This document shows, in pieces, positions 37,715 through 45,777 of a stretch of 64,000 nucleotides of DNA (positions within the stretch are counted from its first letter, which is position 1; every line of letters begins with the position of its first letter). The stretch spans positions 473 to 64,472 of the forward strand of contig JBHHUS010000002.1 in the NCBI GenBank assembly GCA_046861615.1, written 5' to 3'. The notes beneath the pieces were generated by a model that was not told the DNA's origin, made no database searches, and was given only the letters and a program-made list of their open reading frames with translations. Source of the stretch: Fidelibacterota bacterium (GTDB lineage Bacteria; Fidelibacterota; Marinisomatia; Marinisomatales; TCS55). The translations under genes were made by a program, and so were the position numbers.

Positions 37715-40513
37715 TCACAGAATATTTTGCCTTAAATAATCCCGAACCAGAACTGCAATTGATGTATATCTGAGACCTGTGGCTTTCTCCATTCCTATTT
37801 CACAGGTCCGGCTAGTGGAGTAACCAAAGGAATTATTCACAACTGATTTCACTTCGTCTGCCTCCCGCTGGGTAGCACTGCGGGTTAGCTCCGGGAATAA
37901 CAGTCCCCGATCCCCGGCAAAAGCACAACAGTTCCAATTCTCTGGTAAAATGACTTTTTCAGCACACTGGTAGCCAATCTCTACAAGAAGTCTTTTCATC
38001 CCCATTTTTACGGTTGAACAGGTGGGATGCAAAATAATTTCCCGGTTCAATTTTTCTCGGACTGCTTCCTGCTTAAGGCAATTATTCAGGAAGGGAACGA
38101 TATCAACAATCGTCAGAGACTCCCATTTTTTTAACGCTTCACCTTCCAGTTCTTTTCCTACCTGTAACAATTTATAAGAACAGGGAGACGTATCTACTAA
38201 GACCGGAATGGTGCCCTCTTGGCTGGATTCATATAAAATATTGATTGTCCGGAGGACCATCTTTTTATCAGCCTTTTCATAACCTTTTGAGTTATAAGGC
38301 GTACCACAACAGGTGGTTTCCAATCCTGCTGGGAAAATGAGTTGAAAACCACAAATTTGGCCAATTTCTAATAGCATATCGGCCAGTGACTCTTTTCCGG
38401 AAGTGCCACTAAATATACGATTGATACAGGCAGTATAATAAATCCACTGGTTTGAATGTTCCGTCGGTTGGAAATGAACCGGTGGAGCAGTTTTCGGAAG
38501 AACACGGTCCCAGCAAGGAATTTTCCCTGATAATGACTTGTTAATCAAGCGAGTGAAACGTTCCAGGAAAGAAAAACCGGTAATTCTGCTGATCCCATGA
38601 GAAATATCCAGTATTTTCCGGAGAATTAATTGGGTTAAAGCAAAATTATTAACCGTCCAGAGGCTGACCTGCTCAGCAAATCCAGAGTGCTGTTCAGTCC
38701 GCATCGCTTTTACAAAAGAACCGGTATTAATATTCACCGGACAGGCTGTTTCGCAAAGCGCGTCCACAGCACAGGTGTCAAAACTGGAAAACCGATTATC
38801 GTTGGCCACTTTAAATTGAAAAGCGTGATTTAATTTTAACTCCCGGGCGATGATGATTCTCTGGCGGGGAGTCAGGGTCAACTCCCGGGACGGACAAACC
38901 CGTTCACAAAAACCGCATTCCACACATAGATCTATTTTCTCATTTACCTGTGGAATCTGTTTCAGGTTTTTCAAGTGGGTTTTATCATCCCGGTTTAATA
39001 ATACCCCTGGATTGAGAATATCTTCAGGATCAGCCAATGTTTTAATATGCCACATGATTTCATATAGCTCTCCGCCCCATTCCGATTCCACAAAAGGCGC
39101 CATATTCCGTCCGGTACCATGCTCAGCTTTCAACGAACCATTAAAACGATCCACTGTCATCGAAACCAAATCCTTCATCAAACCGTCAAATGCTTTAACA
39201 CCTTCAGATTGGTTTAAGTCAATTGAAGTAACGAAATGCAGATTTCCATCCTTGGCATGTCCGAAAATAACACTATCATTGTAGGACCATTTCTTAAAGA
39301 TCGACTTTAATTCAGTCACGACCTCCGGCAGGTCGGTGAACTGGTAGCAAATATCTTCCGTAATGATGCTGGTACCGCTTTTCCGCAAGGATCCGACCGT
39401 CGGATACAAACCCTTCCTTATATTCCACAATACAGTACGGAGTGGATCTTCCCGGGTCATTCCCGCAACAAATTCCCCCTCCATCGATTGCAGGGTTCGA
39501 ATTATTTCCTGTTCCTGACGGGATAAATCCTGGATGTCGTCATTCTGAAGTTCAATCAGCAAAGCGGTGGTATCATCCTGAACTAAGTCCAGCCCATAAG
39601 GGGCATTTTGAACATATTTAGCCGTCATAAGGGAGGCTGAATCCATCAATTCCACCGCTGCCGCCTGATGCTCAATCAAGACAGGAATCGATTCAGTTGC
39701 AATTTTAGGATTCCGGAAAAATACCAGTCCCGTTGATTTATTCACAGGATCCGGTAATGTATTTAATGCCAACGAAGATAGAAAAGCCAGCGTCCCTTCT
39801 CCACCAACCAGTAAATGAGAGAAAATATCCAGGGGATGTTCAAAATCCAGAAAAGCATTAAGTGAATAGCCTAATGTATTCTTTATCTTATACTTACGAC
39901 GTATTTTATTCTTTAACTCAGCCTTAGATTCAATTTGTTTTTGGGCTTTAATTAATCCTTCACAGAGGACTCTTTCGCCGGAAACAAAACGGGAATAATC
40001 AGTGCTGATTGAAGTATCGTAAATGTGGCCGTTAGGCAGAATGAAGCGAATATGTTTTAAAGTATGGTAGGCATTATTCTGAACCCCACAAACCATTCCG
40101 GAAGCATTGTTTGAAATTATGCCACCAATCATGGCTGAATTAATTGAGGCTGGATCGGGACCGATTTTTCGACGATAAGACCGTAAACTTTGGTTAGCCC
40201 TGGCACCGATGACACCCGGCTGAAGTTTAATAGCCTTACCCTGGTCCAGTATTTCAATTCTATCCCAGTTCCGGACGACTTCTGCTATGATTCCCTCCGT
40301 CACTGACTGACCTGAAAGCGAAGTACCACCGGTCCGGAAGGTTACTGGAATATGGTTTTTATGAGCATAGCGTAATAATTCCTGGACTTCCTGCTCGTTG
40401 GCAGGTCGGACGACCGCCCGGGGAACAAGACGGTACAGACTGGCATCTCGTGAGTAGGCCAGCCGGTCAATGAGTCTTTCTGACCAGCTGGTCAGGTTTG
40501 GTTTTTTCTCCAT
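37715..40513 (-). CDS. FAD-linked oxidase fused to Fe-S and CCG cysteine-rich domains (YdiJ / D-2-hydroxyacid dehydrogenase-like)
   Basis: 932-aa ORF with an N-terminal FAD-binding PCMH-type domain, a ferredoxin-type motif CVECGFCERVCP plus a second Cys cluster (C...CETACP), and C-terminal Cys-rich repeats. Confidence 0.82.
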   Translation of the reverse strand: MEKKPNLTSWSERLIDRLAYSRDASLYRLVPRAVVRPANEQEVQELLRYAHKNHIPVTFRTGGTSLSGQSVTEGIIAEVVRNWDRIEILDQGKAIKLQPGVIGARANQSLRSYRRKIGPDPASINSAMIGGIISNNASGMVCGVQNNAYHTLKHIRFILPNGHIYDTSISTDYSRFVSGERVLCEGLIKAQKQIESKAELKNKIRRKYKIKNTLGYSLNAFLDFEHPLDIFSHLLVGGEGTLAFLSSLALNTLPDPVNKSTGLVFFRNPKIATESIPVLIEHQAAAVELMDSASLMTAKYVQNAPYGLDLVQDDTTALLIELQNDDIQDLSRQEQEIIRTLQSMEGEFVAGMTREDPLRTVLWNIRKGLYPTVGSLRKSGTSIITEDICYQFTDLPEVVTELKSIFKKWSYNDSVIFGHAKDGNLHFVTSIDLNQSEGVKAFDGLMKDLVSMTVDRFNGSLKAEHGTGRNMAPFVESEWGGELYEIMWHIKTLADPEDILNPGVLLNRDDKTHLKNLKQIPQVNEKIDLCVECGFCERVCPSRELTLTPRQRIIIARELKLNHAFQFKVANDNRFSSFDTCAVDALCETACPVNINTGSFVKAMRTEQHSGFAEQVSLWTVNNFALTQLILRKILDISHGISRITGFSFLERFTRLINKSLSGKIPCWDRVLPKTAPPVHFQPTEHSNQWIYYTACINRIFSGTSGKESLADMLLEIGQICGFQLIFPAGLETTCCGTPYNSKGYEKADKKMVLRTINILYESSQEGTIPVLVDTSPCSYKLLQVGKELEGEALKKWESLTIVDIVPFLNNCLKQEAVREKLNREIILHPTCSTVKMGMKRLLVEIGYQCAEKVILPENWNCCAFAGDRGLLFPELTRSATQREADEVKSVVNNSFGYSTSRTCEIGMEKATGLRYTSIAVLVRDYLRQNIL

Positions 40514-40516
40514 GAG

Positions 40517-40957
40517 TTAGAGCGGGTGATATCCTGCTTTTATCTCAGGTGGAACCAGGACACTCTGATTCATTTGGTAGTTAAAACCCACTAATGTAAA
40601 CAGCGCTTTGATCGTCAAATCATCACTTCCGGATTCATACAGGCCCGTCAGAATATCGAAACTTTTTGTCCCGATCCGGGTAATTCGCTGGCCAATATCA
40701 AAGGTTGCGGGAAAAACAGCCGGTTTCAGGTATTCAATATCCGCCTGGACAAGAATAGTACTGCTCTGCAAATCCCAACGGTTTGCCTCAAATCCAAGGT
40801 GTCGGTAGAACTCCACCCGGGCCGTTTCCATATAGGTTAAATAAGCGGCATGATTAATATGACGAAGGCTGTCCATGTCCCGCCAGTGAGCCTGAACGGA
40901 GAAAAAGAAATCAAAATCTGTTCTGGAAAATGTTTTGACTTCCATGATCACTTTCAT
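40517..40957 (-). CDS. Acyl-CoA thioesterase, hot-dog fold (YbgC/4HBT-like)
   Basis: 146-aa ORF with a typical 4HBT N-terminal pattern (V.....D.D...H.NH..YL.YME.AR.EF). Confidence 0.7.
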   Translation of the reverse strand: MKVIMEVKTFSRTDFDFFFSVQAHWRDMDSLRHINHAAYLTYMETARVEFYRHLGFEANRWDLQSSTILVQADIEYLKPAVFPATFDIGQRITRIGTKSFDILTGLYESGSDDLTIKALFTLVGFNYQMNQSVLVPPEIKAGYHPL

Positions 40958-42840
40958 TATTGTCGTGGTTGTAATTGAGCCCAGTCTTCATCTGAAAAAT
41001 TTGTGATTTCTTTCGTGATTACGTCCATTTCTACCCATTGTCCTGAGTTATAAAACATAATTTTCTGACCATTGTCCGACCAACTGGCTTTTGAACCAGC
41101 GTGAATGGAATTTACCTGACCGCCAAAGGGAACATCGAAGGTATAAATTGTACTGTCGTCACTCCAAAATAAAACTTGATCGCTATTGGGTGACCAGCGA
41201 AGATTTTTAAAATAGTAACTTGATTCGGGGAATTTGGAACTGGATACTAAAGTTTCGTTGTCACCATTTTTATCACTGAGATAAAGTCCGGAACCGGTTA
41301 AAACATAAACGAGCTCTTTTCCATCAGGAGAAAGTCTTGGATTGATATATTTTTGAAAATCCGTTGCCCGTTTTATAGTCGTTTCAATAGTTCCATTAAG
41401 ACCAAGAATATATATATTCCGGACACCGCGGTTATTATTGGCCTGATTGGAATCCTTCCAACAAATGTAGCGCCCATCAGGTAAAATGCCAGCTTCACCG
41501 TAAAACTGGTTATTTTCTACAATTGTCAGTTGGTTATACAGGAAATGAGTGGAATCAATTTCTTCCAGGGTGCAGAGAACACCCTCATCCGTGCTGAGAA
41601 TAGCTTTTTTCCCGTCAGTACTGAAATTGACAAACTGGGGTTGACCTGTTCCGGGAATTCCAGAAATTATATTCAGATTGCTTCCATCCGCATTCGCTAT
41701 TAAACCGGCGGCACCCGCTACAAAGGCAAAAATCTTCTTCCCTCCTTGAATCCAGACCGGCTTGATCGCCTGCACACCGATAATTGTAGCAATGGTTTTA
41801 TCATGGTTTATAATCCGAATATCGCTGCCGTTGACGGTATCCAACACAGTTTGAACGACAATGGATTGAAAGGAACTCCCCCACTGGAACTGACTTGCCG
41901 CAGATTGATCCCAATGATCCTGAACCACAATCCGGTAATAATGAATCTTATCCTCAGCGGTAGATATGGCTGCGGTAGTATTGGTTGGAACTGTAATCGT
42001 ACTTTTCTCATCGATAACGCTGCCGGTAGAATCTACTTCCTGAATTACATAGTGTTTAAAATCAGATTCTGTTGACTGACTCCAGCGAAGGGAGAAAAGA
42101 CCTTGCTGATAAGTGATTGAATCCAATGTGACTGCCTGTGGTGGTGGATCAATCAGACTGCTTTTCCCCTTCCCCCTGGTTTCCCTGTCGGTCGTGTCCA
42201 CTACCCCAATTAAGAACGTATTTTTGACAGTGGGATCAAACTTTGTTAAAAAATATCTGTCAGCTTTAATATCGTTAAAACTATCAATTTGTAATGTATC
42301 CCCATTGCCGATCTGTTGATAAAGATTATACTGTTTGAAATCGACTTCCGTCGTCGGAGTCCACTTCACCGCCATCGTATCTCCCTGGGCTCCAATGAAA
42401 TAATAAACTGAATCCACATTCACCGCTGCCGGTATTGCGGGAATCAAGGGGTTTATTTTTGTCTGGACAGAATTTGAATAATAATCCCCGGCATAGGCAG
42501 TTAACCGGTAGGTAATTGGCGAAGGATCCTGAACGATTACTTTTAAATCCAGGGCTGTATCGATCCAGGATAAGGTTGAATCACCTAGGGTGACAATACT
42601 ATCCTGCCAGTCCTTGTCCCCAACCCGTTTATCGATCTTAAAACCGTCAAAATCAAGACCTTTCCGTTCCCAGGTGAGTTGAATCCGGTTAGTATCCAGT
42701 TGGGCGGCTTTAAAATTAACCGGCGTCCATAGGGCCCGGTCACTGTGTGGATCGTAGGGATTCTCCCAGACCCGGTCTTCAATTGAACAGGCTAGCAACA
42801 ATACCAGCAGAAGGAAAATCGCAACTGGATTGATTCTCAT
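40957..42840 (-). CDS. Lipoprotein with FN3-like repeats and TolB/PD40-like beta-propeller
   Basis: 627-aa ORF. Lipobox LLLAC, an EDR..NPYDP motif after the Cys, FN3-like W..(S/T) repeats, and C-terminal PD40-like repeats (SPDGKELVY, WSPNSDQVLF). Confidence 0.7.
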   Translation of the reverse strand: MRINPVAIFLLLVLLLACSIEDRVWENPYDPHSDRALWTPVNFKAAQLDTNRIQLTWERKGLDFDGFKIDKRVGDKDWQDSIVTLGDSTLSWIDTALDLKVIVQDPSPITYRLTAYAGDYYSNSVQTKINPLIPAIPAAVNVDSVYYFIGAQGDTMAVKWTPTTEVDFKQYNLYQQIGNGDTLQIDSFNDIKADRYFLTKFDPTVKNTFLIGVVDTTDRETRGKGKSSLIDPPPQAVTLDSITYQQGLFSLRWSQSTESDFKHYVIQEVDSTGSVIDEKSTITVPTNTTAAISTAEDKIHYYRIVVQDHWDQSAASQFQWGSSFQSIVVQTVLDTVNGSDIRIINHDKTIATIIGVQAIKPVWIQGGKKIFAFVAGAAGLIANADGSNLNIISGIPGTGQPQFVNFSTDGKKAILSTDEGVLCTLEEIDSTHFLYNQLTIVENNQFYGEAGILPDGRYICWKDSNQANNNRGVRNIYILGLNGTIETTIKRATDFQKYINPRLSPDGKELVYVLTGSGLYLSDKNGDNETLVSSSKFPESSYYFKNLRWSPNSDQVLFWSDDSTIYTFDVPFGGQVNSIHAGSKASWSDNGQKIMFYNSGQWVEMDVITKEITNFSDEDWAQLQPRQ

Positions 42841-44036
42841 GGCCGGGATAGCAACTTATCGATTTTAAAGATCTGTACCTGATAATAGACCGCAGGCAGG
42901 AATAGGCTTCCACTGAGAACTACTATATAGGGTTTCAATCGATCCTGATCCTCCACCAGGGTTCGTAATTTCTCTGGGTGACTGCTGTCTTTACGATAGG
43001 CCTGGTAATTTTTATCAGCTGTGTATTGTAAATATCCCCGGTAAATGGTTGAACCCACGGCGCCCGTAATTAATAAATTTCTTTTCAGTTTAAGCCCCCG
43101 CCTCTTGGCCTTCAACATTTCCCGTTTGATCAGCTCAACTTTAAGACGCGTGGTTCGCTGGGGATAAATTTTAAAACTACCCCCTTTAATTACATAAATA
43201 TCCGATTCCAGATGGTACGATCCCGTTTTCAGATCTCTTAAAATTTTGGTTTTCGGTGCAATTGTCAGGCGCGTGGCGCTGCCCTTAGGAACTAAAAATA
43301 TTCCTGCCGGAAGGCGATCCTTGAACAACACATTACCGATTTTGGGTACAGGATGTAGGGGACTTAAATTCAGGAAAATAACCCGGCTGGCATCTTTAGG
43401 AGGTAATTTATTTAGGGTGAATTTTTTGAAATTGTCCTTAGTGACCGTTATTGGATTGCTCTCCACCGTGACTCTTTTCAGTGCCACCGGTGTTAGTTCT
43501 GACAATGTATCTCTACCAACAATTACCCAGGCTCCCGCCGGCCGGGTATGGATATAAACCATTTCTTCAGCCTGGTGGACCGTTAGTGGTATTCTCTGGG
43601 TTAACAGCATCAGCGCCACATTCTTCATACCCCTGGAGAGTAAACCTTCCAATGAATTTTCCCGATCATAGGTCACGGTGTTTATCGCCCGACCGGTGGG
43701 CGGATCGTAGAGTTGTGACTGAACGACAAAGACCTCCCCCACCTTCAATATTTGGGTATTCACCAGCAGGTTCACCTTCAAAATCAATCCGGCCACTACG
43801 GCACAGTCATAGGAAGGACAGTCAGAAATGTTATAACCGGATAAGACCTGATTCATTTCATCGCGATCCAGCACCTTCAGGGTATCAAAACGCAAGAGTT
43901 CCATTCTCAGTGACTCAGATAATGAATCCAGGGCATTTTGAGTTAACCCCTCTCCTGTAAAGTCCAAAACGGCAATGGACTGGTCTGCCATCACTGATGA
44001 CAGGAATAGGATACTGCTGATAAGGAATTGCTTCAT
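42837..44036 (-). CDS. Exported protein: LpoB/CsgG-fold-like N-domain + PEGA-like domain + C-terminal membrane segments
   Basis: 399-aa ORF with four parts: a signal peptide, an IAVLDF.GEG...........L...L pattern, a PEGA-like stretch (IHTRPAGAWVIVGRDTLSELTPVAL), and hydrophobic helices near the C-terminus. It overlaps the next ORF by 4 nt. Confidence 0.6.
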   Translation of the reverse strand: MKQFLISSILFLSSVMADQSIAVLDFTGEGLTQNALDSLSESLRMELLRFDTLKVLDRDEMNQVLSGYNISDCPSYDCAVVAGLILKVNLLVNTQILKVGEVFVVQSQLYDPPTGRAINTVTYDRENSLEGLLSRGMKNVALMLLTQRIPLTVHQAEEMVYIHTRPAGAWVIVGRDTLSELTPVALKRVTVESNPITVTKDNFKKFTLNKLPPKDASRVIFLNLSPLHPVPKIGNVLFKDRLPAGIFLVPKGSATRLTIAPKTKILRDLKTGSYHLESDIYVIKGGSFKIYPQRTTRLKVELIKREMLKAKRRGLKLKRNLLITGAVGSTIYRGYLQYTADKNYQAYRKDSSHPEKLRTLVEDQDRLKPYIVVLSGSLFLPAVYYQVQIFKIDKLLSRP

Positions 44037-44130
44037 GTAAACGTCGATTGAAGAAGCAGTAAATTAATCCGTGTTCTTCTTTATTACCAATGTCGGAATT
44101 CGATCAGAAAAACAAGTGTCGATTAAATCG

Positions 44131-45387
44131 TTAATCCCGATCCAGGGCAAAATCCAGGTGTGAACTGTAGCCGCTGGTTTCCCCCAGTTTTTCGCCCGCC
44201 CGGCTGTACCGGATCAATTTATGGTTATCGGCTTCCTGTACCAGGATCCCAGGTATACCGGTCCCGGGAACAACCTGAAGGTTGTAAATCTGCGGTACTG
44301 ACTGATCTAAAATGACCGTCGAAACTTCTGGATGATCGTGCTGTAGATATCCGGTTTCCCAATTGGAAAAACGCTCAAGACTGCCAGTATAGTAACAATC
44401 ACCAGAGAAGGGGTCCAGAGACAAATCGTGAATAAACAATTCTGTTTTGTAAAAAGAAAAGTTTCCAGCGGAGTCGACCCGGGCGATGCCTGAGGCGGTT
44501 GAGACCCAGACACCGCTACCCAGGGGATCGGCTTCCAGCGGTCCGGGATTATCCAAATTAGTGAAGACAACACGCTCTTTGATAAGCGGGCGGGTTTTTA
44601 TCATTAATAATTCATTGGTGGCACTCATGGACACCCACAAATTTTCCGTTAATGCATTGTATGCCAATTCTGTTGCCAGCGTTAACTCCCGGTCCATATC
44701 TATCTGCCAGAGGATCGTACCAGAATAATCGAAGGCATATAGAGTATTATCCTCTAAAACAGTGTAAAGTACTTGATTCAGGGAATCCAGCGTCAAAGCA
44801 ATCGGTTCCGCCGGAAGAGGTATCATAATCTTTGGTTTAAGCTTTGTTGTAAGCCCCAGAAAGGTTTTTTGAAAATAATCGGCCACCCATATAATCTTCT
44901 CCCCGGGGTCGTATTCTACGGACCGAGGCGAATCATACTCCCGCTCTGTGGTGATCGTTTTACCATCGTAGGAAATATTTCGAAGCTTAAATCCATACAT
45001 ATCGGCTACCCATACGTTTTGCGGTCCCGGGGTGAATCCTACCGGGTCGGAAATGGCACTCTGGGAAAATTCAGTGAGAGCGCGAACGGCATAATAATAA
45101 GGTTGATCATAGGTTAATCCCTGGTCAATGAAAAACGTATTTTCCGCCATAATGGATCCTTGAATGATCAGTTCATCAGGTTCCACGCCGCGGTAAATTT
45201 CATACGCCTGAAGATGGTTCACTTCAAAAGAGTTCCAGACTAAACGGGCTGTGTCCCGCCGGGAAACAACTCTCAAACCTGTGGGTGCACCATGACTTAA
45301 ATGATTTTCCGGGTCCAGAGGATTCAATCGCTCCCGATCCTCACAGGCAGTGAATAAGGATAATAATAAGAGTACAATCGCGCGCAT
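44131..45387 (-). CDS. Lipoprotein with FN3-like domain and beta-propeller (paralogous N-terminus to 40957..42840)
   Basis: 418-aa ORF. Lipobox LFTAC followed by EDRERLNPLDP, then an FN3-like segment (APTGLRVV......L.W......L.AYEIYRG) and a repeat-rich C-terminal region. Confidence 0.68.
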   Translation of the reverse strand: MRAIVLLLLSLFTACEDRERLNPLDPENHLSHGAPTGLRVVSRRDTARLVWNSFEVNHLQAYEIYRGVEPDELIIQGSIMAENTFFIDQGLTYDQPYYYAVRALTEFSQSAISDPVGFTPGPQNVWVADMYGFKLRNISYDGKTITTEREYDSPRSVEYDPGEKIIWVADYFQKTFLGLTTKLKPKIMIPLPAEPIALTLDSLNQVLYTVLEDNTLYAFDYSGTILWQIDMDRELTLATELAYNALTENLWVSMSATNELLMIKTRPLIKERVVFTNLDNPGPLEADPLGSGVWVSTASGIARVDSAGNFSFYKTELFIHDLSLDPFSGDCYYTGSLERFSNWETGYLQHDHPEVSTVILDQSVPQIYNLQVVPGTGIPGILVQEADNHKLIRYSRAGEKLGETSGYSSHLDFALDRD

Positions 45388-45776
45388 TACGGGTAGAATG
45401 ATTTCATTATTAATAAAAAACCTGTCTGCACACCCAGATAAGTCGCACTGGTATAGCGATCGTATCTACGGGCGCGGTTGTAACGGGAGTCGATCAAATC
45501 AAGATTTCCCTCTTTTAAATAGCGGTGGTAAGCTTTTTCGGCAGTAGAATGGAACTTCACTGCCGCCAAACCGGATAAGAGTACAATTCCGACTCCGCTG
45601 AAAAATTCAGCTTGGGAAAAGTGCAGTCCCATCTGGTTAGGCGTTGTCAGGAGCGTGTCGGCGTGATAATCAGGTATTTGAAATGAACCAGTGGAATTAC
45701 CGGTAACCTGCCCCGGAACAAAGCTTTGGATCAAAATTAAGCAGAAGCAATATTTCTGAAACCAGTGGTTGAGCAT
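45387..45776 (-). CDS. Hypothetical exported protein
   Basis: The ORF extends to 45851, but that part overlaps the upstream gene. The start was chosen at MLNHWFQKYCFCLILIQSF (a signal-like sequence), 1 nt after the upstream stop. 129 aa. Confidence 0.5.
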   Translation of the reverse strand: MLNHWFQKYCFCLILIQSFVPGQVTGNSTGSFQIPDYHADTLLTTPNQMGLHFSQAEFFSGVGIVLLSGLAAVKFHSTAEKAYHRYLKEGNLDLIDSRYNRARRYDRYTSATYLGVQTGFLLIMKSFYP

Positions 45777-45777
45777 T

